Shown here piece by piece: positions 13,117 to 26,260 of a stretch of 64,000 nucleotides of DNA. The stretch's first letter is position 1, and every line of letters begins with the position of its first letter. The translations under genes and the position numbers were made by a program. The stretch is from positions 116,436,001 to 116,500,000 of the forward strand of contig OX597816.1 of the NCBI GenBank assembly GCA_951406725.2, in the 5' to 3' direction. Source of the DNA: Octopus vulgaris. Lineage: Eukaryota. The notes under the pieces were generated by a model. The model was not told the origin of the DNA. It saw only the letters and a list, made by a program, of their open reading frames with translations, and searched no databases.

Positions 13117-13362
13117 TACAATTATAATTGGGGGCACAGATGTTTCTGTGCCTATATACTGAAGATAGAAGCTAAATCCGTCTAACTACTCCAAATTATC
13201 ACTTTATAATTAACATATGTTGAAAGCGAGGAAGTAGACTAACAAAAATTCATAAAATAATTCAGACAGTTTTGGATTCACCAATTTCTGGATTAATTTA
13301 GCGTCTATCTTCAGCATATATAGCCACAGAAGCCTCTGTGCCCACAATTATAATTGTATTTT
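13113..13362. repeat. Fold-back element, ~65-70-bp imperfect inverted arms
   Basis: AAAATACAATTATAATTGGGGGCACAGA...CTGAAGATAGA vs TCTATCTTCAG...TCTGTGCCCACAATTATAATTGTATTTT. Confidence 0.85.
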
Positions 13363-13367
13363 ATACT

Positions 13368-13575
13368 AGGCGCAAAAGTGGCTGTGTGGTAAGTAGCTTG
13401 CTTACCAACCACATGATTCCGGGTTCAGTCCCACTGCGTGGCACTTTGGACAAGTGTCTTCTACTATAGCTTCGGGCCGACCAAAGCCTTGTGAGTGGAT
13501 TTGGTAGACGGAAACTGAAAGAAGCCGGTCGTATATATGTATGTGTGTGTATATGTTTGTGTGTTTGTGTTTGGT
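13368..13575 (+). mobile_element. Family A SINE, 5' half
   Basis: GTGGCTGTGTGGTAAGTAGCTTGCTTACCAACCACATG...GGGTTCAGTCCC, near-identical to other family A copies. Confidence 0.9.
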
Positions 13576-14001
13576 CTTACGAAGTCCTGGACATTACAAC
13601 GTATGAATATTTCAAATTATAAATTACAACCTCTCTGATTTATAGATTGCAGGTTAAGAAGATTTGGTACATGTCGATGTGCTGTTCCAGATGGTGACTT
13701 CAACAATACAACTCTAATTTCACTCACACTTTTCTCTTTTGGTAGTCTTTTGTTCAATTGGCTTCTTGAATGAATAGACAGGATTATATATAATCTTCTT
13801 TTAAATGGAGATGATGCGGTTCCTATATACTAAGCGGTTTCATTATTAGTGATGGTCAAGCATTTAAAGGTCAGCTTTTGTCTCAGACATTGGCTATGTA
13901 AAGGACATTTGGTACATTGACCAAAGCAGAGTAGTTATACGTATATGTTTACATACAGAGAAGCCGGCAAACAGACAGACAGACAGAAAGGCAGATAGAT
14001 T

Positions 14002-14043
<42 letters not shown>

Positions 14044-14073
14044 TAGACAGACAAACAGACTAACATGTGTATG

Positions 14074-14121
<48 letters not shown>

Positions 14122-14176
14122 AATACATTATGTGTGAATATATATAATTATATATTTATAAAATACGTACTCATTT

Positions 14177-14476
14177 ACACACATTCACATATATGTATAC
14201 ATACATAGAATACATACTCTCACACACATATGTCACCAGTAACCAAAATTCCCTAAAAGCAATTGTAGAAGATACTTGCAGAAGCGAAATGAACTCGGAA
14301 TCGCATGTTGAAGATTATTCCTATGCACATAGGAATAATCTTCAACATGCAATTCCGAGTTCATTTCGCTTCTGCAAGTATCTTCTACAATTGCTTTTAG
14401 GGAATTGTGGTTACTGGTGACATATGTGTGTGAGAGTATGTATTCTATGTATGTATACATATATGTGAATGTGTGT
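14177..14476. repeat. 300-bp near-perfect palindrome
   Basis: 149-bp arms, 2-nt centre (14326-14327), two mismatches. Explains the twin ORFs 14193+ and 14460-. Confidence 0.97.
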
Positions 14477-14710
14477 GTGTATTAAAAATTAATATAAACA
14501 GCTAGGCGCAATATAATACAATAAAGGAAGAATTTTTATCGCGACTAATTGTGACGCGTAGGTCCAGAAAAGGATGTTGTAAAGAAGTGTCAAAGCACTA
14601 TTATTGCAAGAAATAAGAGTTAGAAACTCTTAATACTGTAAGAAGTGCACAATATATATATATATATATATTCTGACAGGGGAAAGAACCGCCCTATGAG
14701 CATTTTAGAA

Positions 14711-14761
14711 CCACTAGACTAGACTAGTTTCGCCTATCAGTTGTCGGCTCATCAGTAGTGG
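14711..14761 (-). ncRNA. Type I hammerhead ribozyme with intact catalytic core
   Basis: Minus strand: CCACUA-CUGAUGA-GCC(gacaacugaua)GGC-GAA-ACUA(guc)UAGU-C^UAGUGG. Stem I 6 bp, stem II 3 bp, stem III 4 bp, GUC cleavage triplet. Confidence 0.8.
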
Positions 14762-14982
14762 CTACACAAAAGCTCGATTGTTTGGCTAAGTCTGGCTGTG
14801 AGTATATATATTTTTACTATAAAAAATTTATGGCTGATTTAGAGAAATGCTAATACGTATATCAAAAATTAATATAAATAGCTAGGCGCAATATGAAGGA
14901 AACATTTTATCGTCAATAACTGTGACTGAGATGCCGAAATTCTTTAATACTGTAAGCAGTGCAAAATATATATGCACTGACA

Positions 14983-15070
14983 GTCACTACTGACAAGCCT
15001 GCAAATGATAGGCAAATATGGTCTAGTAAAGTTATCTTAGAGACGCTCATGGGGTGGTTATCTCCCTTGT
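14983..15070 (+). repeat. Degenerate inverted copy of the 14674-14761 hammerhead unit
   Basis: CACTA-CTGACAA-GCC...GATAGGC-AAAT..GGTC-TAGT...GCTCATGGGGTGGTT..TCCCTTGTC. Core is mutated. Confidence 0.65.
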
Positions 15071-15474
15071 CCGTCGGCAATGAGGGTCATCTCGCGCCGG
15101 TATATATTGTTTTTAAGAAAACTCTTTGAAAAGACATTACCTAAGACCAATTTCACTGTATTAAGCCTTCAATTTAACAGTTTCATAGATGTACGTTTCA
15201 TAGATGTGTGATACACTGTTCATGGGGACTAATCTTTTGCACACGCCAGTAAATAGTATACGAAAATATTCGTGCGATGGGAGGATTTCATATAGTGTGT
15301 AGAGGAGATGAATCGTTTGAAAGAAAGAAACGTTATTATAAATCTTTTAAGTGCTTTTCACTCCAACACGAATATACCTGTAAATATCTGAATTCACAAA
15401 CATAGAAATACCCACCAATATATGTGTGCATGTGAGAACATGTATGCATATGTGTATAAGCACATGTGGATCGT

Positions 15475-15585
15475 TGGCGATTTTTCCCCCTCTTCCTTTT
15501 CTCTTGGACTTTCCTCCGTCTCCTGTTTCTGATGAAGAGCTTTGCTCGAAACGTAAAATAACTTTTCTTTCCTTCCCTGAGCGTC
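15475..15585 (+). ncRNA. Family H2 repeat with minimal hammerhead (15526-15558)
   Basis: UUU-CUGAUGA-A-GAGC(UUU)GCUC-GAAAC-GUA-AAA. Stem III has no loop, so it could only form in trans. Confidence 0.65.
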
Positions 15586-15629
15586 ATATATATATATAAG
15601 TATACATACTTATATATACTTGTATAGAC

Positions 15630-15724
<95 letters not shown>

Positions 15725-16051
15725 GCATACACACACCTAATATTCAATGAGAATGCATTATTCACAGAATTCAAAGAATTAGATAAAAATATTAAGGAGC
15801 AAGACAAAAAAACGAATTCAGAACCATTGAGCAAAAATCCATGATAAAGAACAATTGTAGTATAAGCTAAAAGTAGAGTAAAATGCTATTTTAGTGAAGC
15901 TAGAAAGACTTCACAAGTTGTTTCCTATTATTAGATAACTGTATGTCTGATGATTGGTTACGTGAAACTCTGAGTACCTGTTTGTGAAGTCTTTACAGTG
16001 TCACTAAAATGCTATGTGTGTGTGTGTATGCAAACATATCATATATGTACA

Positions 16052-16091
<40 letters not shown>

Positions 16092-16171
16092 CATACATAT
16101 TATACACACACACATGTGCATGTATGTTTGTGTTTGCACGTTTGTGCTCATTACACATATGTACGTTTATA

Positions 16172-16219
<48 letters not shown>

Positions 16220-17346
16220 TGTTTGGAAGTTTGAAAACGCTCTTGAATCTCAAAATTTATAGTCGTTTTTAAATTTTGCTATAGATTTATTCAAATATCA
16301 AACCGGTTTCGATAATCAATGGTAAAAAAATGAATAAATAAATAGATTGATAAATGAGAGATTTAGGAGAGTTTAAATTTACAAGGCTAAATTCAGAAAA
16401 ACATGTTTCAATGATCAAATGTTCAATGTTCATAAAGATTACAAAGATATTTCACAGATAGACGGTAATATATATTTAAATGTTCAGTGGAGATCATAAC
16501 AAACATACATGGTGAAAATTCAGCCATATTGAATGTTTATAATAGTAAAAAGGAGAAAAGGACAAAAAGGGAAAGACAATTTCTCTCGCCGTGCATGAAG
16601 GTGTCCTTCGTCAATTTCTGTTGTAGTTTATGAAATCTTATCCTCCCTGGTCGCTGGTTCGAAATGTTTTAAGTTGAAATTGTCTAATGTATACATGTTT
16701 TCACGGGAAAGGATCAAATTCTGAGTGGCTGTAAATTTGATGACGTCATTTGTTTTTCTCGTGGATGTTTTGGTCAAATATTTTTATTTTTGGCAAAGTT
16801 CTGCTTTCTGGTTGGTTGCTTCCTAGTAACGTCGGCTCTTTGTTTATTTGTCTAAATCTCATTGATTTAGTCTGGAGTAACGTTAGCAGCTTGTGTTTGT
16901 GAAGGTGTAAGGTGTTATTATTGTACAGTAGTTTGGAGTTTGGGGTTTCAAATCCACGAGGAAACCTATTACTTAAACTTTTGATTTATATTCCGTTGTC
17001 TCTGGTTAATTATCGTGAATAAATTGGATCTTCTCATTCTGCTGTGTTATTATAGAATATTTAGTTGTGGTATATCTCTTTTAATATAAAGTCATTCTAG
17101 ACTAAATGAAAAATTTTCTGGTGAAAACCGGACCCTCATAAAAAAACAAATAAACATCGAACCGCCTGAAGCGAATCAACGAGCCAGAATGCGAATTGAC
17201 CATCAGCCAAAAACAGGTTACCGAGTCCTTAGACAACAACAAAACGACGCAAGCACAAAAAATCAACCAGTCAGAGCACCGAGTACTGGACCCCTACTGG
17301 TCAACAAGGAGCGAAAATGTTCGACAAACAAATGACTTCACAAGAC

Positions 17347-17760
17347 ATCATCATCATCATTGTTCGACCGTGGTCGAGACAATGGAATTTACCATGCTAC
17401 GCCAGACTTCACGGTCCATCATGGCATTACGGAGGTCCTGTTGCTGGATGCCTGTATCCCTGGAGATTACATCAGGGTAGGAGAGTGTGCGCCCTCTGGT
17501 ATTGCGAGTAGATGGCTTCCAGAGGAGAAGAGTAGAAATTACTTCTTTTTCAGCTCTACAACAATGTCCAGCAAACTGGACTCTCCTACATTTCACAAGA
17601 GATGACACAGGTGGTAGTTTCCCATATATTTGCATTTTGGTTGGATGGCGCTTCCACGAGAGATTTTGAGCTCTCATAAGGAGGCGAGTGTAGGTTCCAT
17701 CCAACCGCCTCTCAAGCTTCTTTGATAACGTCCAAGTTTCTGAGCCATATAGTAGATCGC
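17347..17760 (-). mobile_element. RTE-clade LINE, 5'-truncated 3' end with (TGA)n tail
   Basis: ORF LLYGSETWTL...RRVQFAGHC.R...LLLWKP...RG...AMMDREVWR. The stop runs directly into (TGA)n. Confidence 0.85.
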
Positions 17761-18069
17761 TAAACTTCGCCAAAACAAAAATGACCAAAACAAATGACTC
17801 AATTTACAACTAATCAGAACTTGATCTTTTACCGAGAAAATTGGTTTCAATCCTAAGCTACTATTTTGTCTATCTCTCAATGACGAAGGGGCGACTTGAC
17901 CTATTTCAACACAAAATGCAGAGTCAGAGTGAATGCTGGAAAGCCTTGTTTTCGATTACGTAACGATTCGCTACTACTTCGCTACAATGTTGTTTGCTAT
18001 GTATGTGTATGCTTCTATCCGTTAGTGTATTTTTTTTAGTATTTTAATATATAGCTGTATGAGTATACA

Positions 18070-18103
<34 letters not shown>

Positions 18104-18337
18104 ACTGTGTCACGATATGACTGCTTTGCTGTTTTGCATATAGCTATTGATGTATATTCTGGTGTTGCAAGATATTGGTTGCCATGCATAGTTACTACAG
18201 AAAAGGGTTGACTCTAATTTTATTAGTAGTTACGTACAAATCATTATATAGGAAAAGTAAAGAGAATAATATAGAAAAGAAATATAGTAAAGGAAAAAGA
18301 AATATGTGTTTACTCGGGTTTTGTGTTTTAGCTATTA

Positions 18338-18382
<45 letters not shown>

Positions 18383-19297
18383 ATAATGGTGTTATTGAGA
18401 CCCAAAAGTGTCAGGTAATGCTGAATAAGTGCTATAGACAGACCATAGTTAAGTTCCAGATTCGGTAATATTACGAATAAAGAGTTCAACGTTGGTTCTA
18501 TGTCAGCATGTGTATATAAGAATTTTTTGCGTAATAAGATAGAAAATCCAAGGCTGCATAGATATTAGAGCATTTATAGATAGAAGGTCTTACAGCTGTT
18601 TCTAGGATATTAATTAATAATATCCCTTATATATATATACCAACGCTTTCTGCGAAGGTATTTATTATTTATAATAAGGTCACTCTAACTGTTATTAATT
18701 TGGCGTGAAATACTGTTTGAAAAGGAAACTGAAATTTAAAATGTAAATGAAATGTTTGTTGTATTAGGATTTCATGCTACTTCTATTAGGATGTCGTTAA
18801 GTAGGTGCGCATGCATGTGACATCATGAAGAGATGAATTCAATGTGTCTATTCGATGTTTTAGTTTGATGTCTCAAAATTAATAATTATCCCAAAGTGCA
18901 AAGAATTAACGTTAGGTTGTTTGAATTGTTATCTATCTATAAAAGGGAATTATTAAGTTAAATGCACAGTCGGAATCTTTTGTTAATATGGTTAATGATT
19001 ACATCTAAGTAATTTACTATTTTAAGGTTCCTACTTTATATATTAAATTTCTTGAACAGTATGGTTACGTTTTTTCTGAACTCGTCTGCTTGCTGTGCTA
19101 CTCGATAACATCAAGGAATTGTCTCGTTCTGGTTGAATAAATCCTACAGGCACTGGCGAGCATGAACGAGGCTTGTTTATAGATATTCCTCGGAAGAATA
19201 TTAATCTGACGATAAACAGTTGACTGCATGCATATTTTTCTAATACACACGCACACATAAATAATATATATATGGATATATATATATCTATCTATTT

Positions 19298-19331
<34 letters not shown>

Positions 19332-19346
19332 CCAGCTAGTTGTAAA

Positions 19347-19376
19347 ATCTCAAGAACAGATGTGGCGACTGACTAT

Positions 19377-19411
<35 letters not shown>

Positions 19412-19422
19412 GATATATATAG

Positions 19423-19453
<31 letters not shown>

Positions 19454-19505
19454 GTAAAGTCTATATATATAATGTAAAGTCAGTCGCTACATCTCTTCTT
19501 TAGAT
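19347..19505. repeat. Small inverted repeat enclosing (TA)n
   Basis: ATCTCAAGAACAGATGTGGCGACTGACT vs AGTCAGTCGCTACATCTCTTCTTTAGAT. Confidence 0.75.
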
Positions 19506-19777
19506 AATAACATATATTCTCCTATTTGAAGTGACAACTTTTAAATACAAGCAAATGATCGAAAAATGATGAGCTAACCTTAACCAGTATCGACCCCACA
19601 AATCAACGCTTACATATCTCTTTGCGCATCCGAGTGGGCCAAACGCTCACCCAGCAATTTCGGCCAAATTTAATTAATATATACTCAAAATTGTCTAATA
19701 CTACTTATACTACTTATATATTTGTAAACAAACCAGAAAGGCTTTGTAAGTTACGGAGCGAAAGCTACTATGAAAGA

Positions 19778-19841
<64 letters not shown>

Positions 19842-19964
19842 TCTTTCATAGTATATATACAGAGAGAGAGAGAGAACAAATGAAAGACGGAAGATGGAAT
19901 ATATATATACGTATATATATAAATACATATATATATATACATACATATACATTCATGCATATAC

Positions 19965-20026
<62 letters not shown>

Positions 20027-20581
20027 TTGCTGGCCTCGAGACACGGTGTTTCGTTATGCAACCATAATATCATAATATTCTACCAAGTATATTTAAGACT
20101 TATAAGCTAAACTGTCTCACTTGTGTTAGCTGTGATAGTCTATCACTTTTTCTAAGTTATCTCTACAGACTCTCCATAGAAACTAGAACCATCACTTAAA
20201 CTTGCGATGATTTGTATACGAATACGTCTATGTAAACAATGCTATCGAAGTTAGAAAAATCGGTAATGGAATGTACATGCATATCTCAGTGGTCGTTACT
20301 CCTTTTTCAGCACCACGTCCAATCCATTAACCAGCAAGTAATACATTGCTTAAAGAGCCACCAAATGTATGAAGTCATTGACACGTTTTCCTTTTCATGC
20401 CTACTACGTATATCTAAAATATCATTATCCAACGTGCTGTCATTTTTAAAGATAACAGATGACAGAGTATTATGTAAATGGAGACTTGGCTTTTTTTATA
20501 GGTTGAACATTTAATAATTTGATCGCTCATTCTCATCAGACGATGTTAGCAGAAAAAAATTTGTTATGTTTATTGCTGATT

Positions 20582-21001
20582 AGTCTTTAGTCTTTACTCT
20601 TTTACTCATTTCAGTCATTTGACTGTGGCCATACTGGGGCACCGCCTTTAGTCGAGCAAACCGACCCCAAGACTTATTCTTTGTAAGCCTAGTACTTATT
20701 CTATCGGTCTCTTTTGCCGAACTGCTAAGTTACGGGGACGTAAACACACCAGCATCGGTTGTCAAGCGATGTTGGGGGACAAACACAGACAAACAACACA
20801 CACACACACACACACATATATGTACATATACATATATTCGACGGGCTTGTTTCAGATTCCGTCTATCAAATCCACTCACAAGGTTTGGGTCGGCTCGAGG
20901 CTATAGTAGAAGACACTTGCCCAAGGTGCCACGCAGTGGGACTGAACCCGGAACCATGTAGTTCGTAAGCAATCTACTTACCACACAGCCACTCCTACGC
21001 C
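20582..21001 (-). mobile_element. Full-length family A SINE
   Basis: Head, internal (TA/TG)n and GTAAAAGA-type tail; colinear with 47884-48295. Confidence 0.92.
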
Positions 21002-21157
21002 TAAAGAGTACAGCAGGGTTCGCCACTACCACCACCCCTGCAGGAGTCTCGTGGTGCTTTAGATGTTTTCGCTCAATAAACACCCACAACGCCCGGTCTG
21101 GGAATCGAAACCGCGATCCTACGACCGCATGTCCGCTCTCCTAATCACTGGGCCATT
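21002..21157 (-). mobile_element. tRNA-derived SINE (another family), abutting the family A copy
   Basis: Minus strand: TGGCCCAGTGATTAGG...GGTTTCGATTCCC, A/B-box-like. Confidence 0.6.
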
Positions 21158-22283
21158 CTTCATTTTATCTCTTTAATTAAACCCTATACAAAATTATTTA
21201 CATTTCGACCCACAAGAAATTGCAACCAAATCTCGCACAAAATACAACATTCTCTCTTTAAAGAGGAATCATACATTGGATAATCATAAGAACCAACTAT
21301 CATCCACAAACAAGTATATCTTAGTAATAATGTACTTACACTGATTTATAAGTCTATACAATCACAAGTAGATATAGACACCCACTCGAGGCTATCACTC
21401 TTTGACTCGGCGAAACATTTAGGGTTCAAGCAACTGGAAAGAGAGGAAGGAGAGTGAGGAGAGTGAGGAGAGTGGGGAGCGAGTGAGGAGTGAGATAGAT
21501 ATACTAGCACTCGGCTTTTACTCTGGCGCAACATGAAATGAAGTGCCTTGCTCACTAACAATCTCGCCATCCTAAATACATTACATGTAGGACTGAATGT
21601 AAAAATGTAATTGTTACGCTTGAAACGTCACTGAACATAGGTTTGTCTGATCAGAAAAACCATGGGGAACCAAAGAACAAGTGTTTTTAAAATGTTAGGC
21701 AGAAATATTTTATTTCCTCGAATGTAAAGGGAGTAGAATTTTCCTCAATCCATCTTCCCTTAATATGGCATCAAAGAGAGGATAGGGGTGGCTGACAACC
21801 TGTACAGGACCACCAAGAGAGGAATGTTAATTTCGACATGTAATAACATACAGGAAAGAAAATAATACCTCCAAAACAAACTTAAATACTAAGTGATAAA
21901 AAAGTGATTATGGGGGTGAAGGGATAGGGTGGGAATAAAGAGCAGAAGTATGGGGGTAAAATTATTAACTGTACTTAGCTAATTAGAAAACAGTAATTAA
22001 AAAAGTTTCAATTTGTTGAGAGAACCATCGGGCATTTTTGGGTACGTTCTCATTATGGTGACGCGTGAATGTTACAATTTTCCTTGTTGAGTTGAAGTTA
22101 GTTAATTTCTAATACGCCGTACTCACCTGAACAGGGGTCAAAGTAGTTATTTAATTGGAGAACTGTACTGGAGACAGGTGGTTAATTATCAATCCATCGG
22201 AAATAGTAATAAACGGAAAGGTTATCACTCATTCTTGATTGGCCTCAGTGAAAGCAAATTCGTACCTACGTCTTCTTGCGTAC

Positions 22284-22334
22284 TACTACTACCACCACCA
22301 TCACTATCACCAGATCACTATCATCATCATCATC

Positions 22335-22393
<59 letters not shown>

Positions 22394-22515
22394 CATTTTA
22401 GCGATTAACACTTCAGCTAACACTTCTGCCACTGCCATCGTTCTCCTCTTCTTCCACATGATCACCATCACCACCACCACCATCATCATCATCATCCTCA
22501 TCATCCTCATCATCC

Positions 22516-22565
<50 letters not shown>

Positions 22566-23120
22566 GTTTTACGCATAAATTATTGCAAGGATTGGTAAAT
22601 CGTGTCACTACTTCATGACTGTCATCCTCATCGTTAAAATCGTTCAGAAAAGGACCTAGTGAAGGGGATGTGAGGTTGGTGGGTGAGGGGTGGGAGTAAA
22701 ATAAATTTCCACGACTGTATGAAATGTAAGCTTTACAAAGTACCCCTACTCAACCAGATACTAAATTCCACTCCATTTACAAATGTCTGGAGACATTCGG
22801 GAGGGGAAGACTAAGCCTTGCTTTGGTAACGTCTGTTGCTGTTGTTGTTGTTGTTGTTGCTGCTGCTGCTGTTATAGTTGTTATTGTTGTTGTTGTTGTC
22901 GTTGTTAGTGTTGTTTTTGTTGATGATGATGATGATGATGATGATGAAGATGATGATTATGATGATTATGGTGATGATGATGAAGATGATGATTATGATG
23001 ATGATGACGATGACGACGACGACGACGACGATGATGATGCTGAGGAGGAGGAGGCGGAGGAGGAGGATGATGGTGATGATAATGATGACAACGACGACAA
23101 CGACGACAACGTCGCTGATG
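22284..23120. repeat. Trinucleotide microsatellite cluster (AAT, CAT, GTT, GAT, GAG)
   Basis: Direct inspection. Confidence 0.9.
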
Positions 23121-23534
23121 TTTTTGTTATTGCTGTTTCTAAAAGAGAGGATCAGCAGATCGGGTGAGAGCCAAGAGAATAACACATGGTCAGCAGACCA
23201 AATGACAGAGGCAACCCAATACTGAATTAAAGAGCTTCGCAGATATTCATTGCTTAACAGCTGCTGTTTCCTGTTGGAATTCAATCTGAAAAACAGCCTA
23301 AAATCTGTGACAACTACTGACATTTTCTAAACACATTCAGTATCGACTAAGTTTGATGGCAGTTTTGAGAAAATTAATTTACTTATTTAGCTCAAATACA
23401 CACGAAAACAAAATACACACATGCACACTTACACATGAAATTACATATACACACATACACATACATACACACAAGGGCTTATGGAAGTCATTAACCCAAT
23501 GAAAGTGACGATGTATATATATATATAGAGATAG

Positions 23535-23592
<58 letters not shown>

Positions 23593-23704
23593 GTATATGT
23601 ATACACACACACATATATACAAATTTACATGTATATTTTTTCATACATATACACTCACACAAACACGTATATACACAGATACACAATATATATAGTTTAT
23701 ATAT

Positions 23705-23856
23705 TGTTTTCCATTTGTGTCTTTCGTCTTTCGAAAAAATAGTTCATATTCCATGTACTTGTACTTCGTATTTTTTGTTGTACACGTTTCGTGACGTCCT
23801 GTGCCCAAATATGCATATATAGATGTAAGTACGTACATATGCGTATGTATATATGC

Positions 23857-23920
<64 letters not shown>

Positions 23921-24545
23921 CATATTATTATATGATTGAAATGCCACGCATCATCTTCCAAGTAAGTCTTATCTTAATTCAGATGCGCACTCTTTCGTTT
24001 TTTTCTCTTTCTCGCTCTTATTCTTTTACCTCCTCTTCTCCCACTATTCTATCCTATTACACTGTCACTCTCTCCCTCACTCCTCCTCCCTTGCTCACGT
24101 GGATCACACGCGACGTTCGGCCATATTTCTTTATTCTCCTAACTTGTGTTTCTTTCTCTCGATTGCAGCTGGAACAGGGAAGACATGTTCTTGTCTGTCT
24201 CCTGTCCAAGCTTGAGCTCGCCAACACAACCCTGTTTAGGTTTAGCAATCGTTTCTTTTTGTTTTCACTGTCCTGTTCGTGTTACTAGTTTTGACCCTCC
24301 CCAAATCCCAAATTTTTATTTAACTTGCTTTGCGGGAGCAGCTGTTTTATCGAAAGCGTATATTGTTGTTAAATGTTCGAAATACGAGAGTAGAAAAACA
24401 ACCAACAACTGATGAAGGGTTGTTCTTTATGTTGTTTCTCTTGTTTTCCATTTGTATCTTTCGTTGTTCGAAAAAATAGTTCATATTCCATGTACTCGTA
24501 ATAAGTAATTTTTTTGTACACTTCGTGATGTCCTGTGCCCGCATG

Positions 24546-24623
<78 letters not shown>

Positions 24624-24752
24624 CATATATACATATATATATATATATACGTATAGATGTAAGTATATGCATATACGTATGTATATATGCATATATATCT
24701 ATATATCATTTATATTATTATATGATTGAACGCCACACATCCTCTTCCAAGT
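23705..24752. repeat. Two diverged direct repeats (23705-23963, 24445-24752) around a ~480-bp core; further copies at 25870-26030 and 30901-31100 (opposite strand)
   Basis: Shared TTTCCATTTG..CGAAAAAATAGTTCATATTCCATGTAC...GTCCTGTGCC...TATTATATGATTGAA..GCCAC..ATC.TCTTCCAAGTA. Confidence 0.75.
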
Positions 24753-25179
24753 AGGGTTTATCTATCTATTTATCAATATATGTGTGTGTGTGCGTGTGTG
24801 TGTGTATGTATGTATGTATGTATGTATGTATGTATATATGCACGGGGTTCAACTAGCAGTAACATTCAACGGCCACTTTTGATGTGGCGACTGGCTTTAC
24901 TTTATAGTAAAGTTACTACTGTGGTGTCTTCGTAAGATTTTACAGATATCTATTTTGCTTGTTGCAAATCAGTGACCGATGCAATATAATTTTGCAATAT
25001 AATTTTTAGCATTAGCGGACTCTGGCTATCGCTCTGTCGTACAGGTGATCGCGACTGAGGACTGGCCAAATAGCTCGAAACTGAATCAATCTCACGATCC
25101 TAATACCTGCTATATGGTCATAGGCGTTCGCAGAGAGGTACCGATAACCAGCTGGTGGAGAATCTGCCTGGGCCTAAAC

Positions 25180-25340
25180 TGGTAGTTCAGAGGATTTGCC
25201 GTTATGGGTATATAAACTAAACCAAAAGCAGTTGTCAATCGGTGGTAGGGGACAAAAACAGACACAATGACACACATACTGAACCCGGGATCATGTGGTT
25301 GGGAAGCAAATTTCTTACTATACAGCCACACTTGTGCCTT
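25180..25340 (-). mobile_element. Internally deleted family A SINE
   Basis: ACTGAACCCGGGATCATGTGGTTGGGAAGC...ACAGCCAC. Confidence 0.65.
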
Positions 25341-25350
25341 CATATATATA

Positions 25351-25574
25351 CAGGGTGGCCCAAAAGTCATCACGTAAACACTTAAAATTTCTTTTTAAAC
25401 ATTTTATTACATTCAAATTTCTATCTTACAAACTGAATAGGGAGCTTCACAAAATCAACTAAATTAGCATAGAATAATGGTTTCATATTTTTTTATAATT
25501 AAGAACTAAACTGCTAATATATGATTGCGAAAGAGATAGTTGAATAACAGTAAATCTACTTTTGGGACACCCTG
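25351..25574. mobile_element. Tc1/mariner-type MITE (224 bp)
   Basis: TIRs CAGGGTGGCCCAAAAGT / ACTTTTGGGACACCCTG, each flanked by TA. Confidence 0.85.
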
Positions 25575-25823
25575 TATATATATGTGTGTATATACATATA
25601 TGGAAAGAAGATATGTGTATATATATATATATAAATTATTCTATGATTATATACATAATTATAACAAAGGGTCATCTTAATACCTCACCACGCACTACTA
25701 GAAGTAGACATTAAAGTGTTTTACTACTTTATATATATATATATAATATAATATAATATAATATAATATAATATAATATATATATGCATATATACATAAT
25801 TACATCTATACTTACATCTATAC

Positions 25824-25866
<43 letters not shown>

Positions 25867-26049
25867 TATGTCGGCACAGGACGTCATGAAACGTGTACAA
25901 CGAAAAACTACGAAGTTTTTTTGGAACATGAACTATTCTCTCGAACAACGAAAGACACAAATGGAAGACAAAACAAACAACATAAAGAACGACCCTTCAG
26001 TTGTTGGCTGTTTTTCTAGTCTCTTATTTCGGGCATATCTATCTCTCTA

Positions 26050-26186
<137 letters not shown>

Positions 26187-26260
26187 TTTTATTCTGTGTT
26201 TAGCCCTGTGTGGCCACAATAAAAAGTTGTCTATCTATTTATTTATCGATAGATAGATAT

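Noticed and set aside
14193-14460. Twin 75-aa ORFs on opposite strands
   Set aside because: A by-product of the palindrome; the sequence is SINE- and microsatellite-derived.
15947-15980. CTGATGA...GAAACTCTGAGTA
   Set aside because: Core letters are present, but neither stem I nor stem II can pair.
22823-23167. Acidic Asp/Glu-rich ORF
   Set aside because: A GAT/GAC/GAG microsatellite, open in several frames, with no splice or domain evidence.
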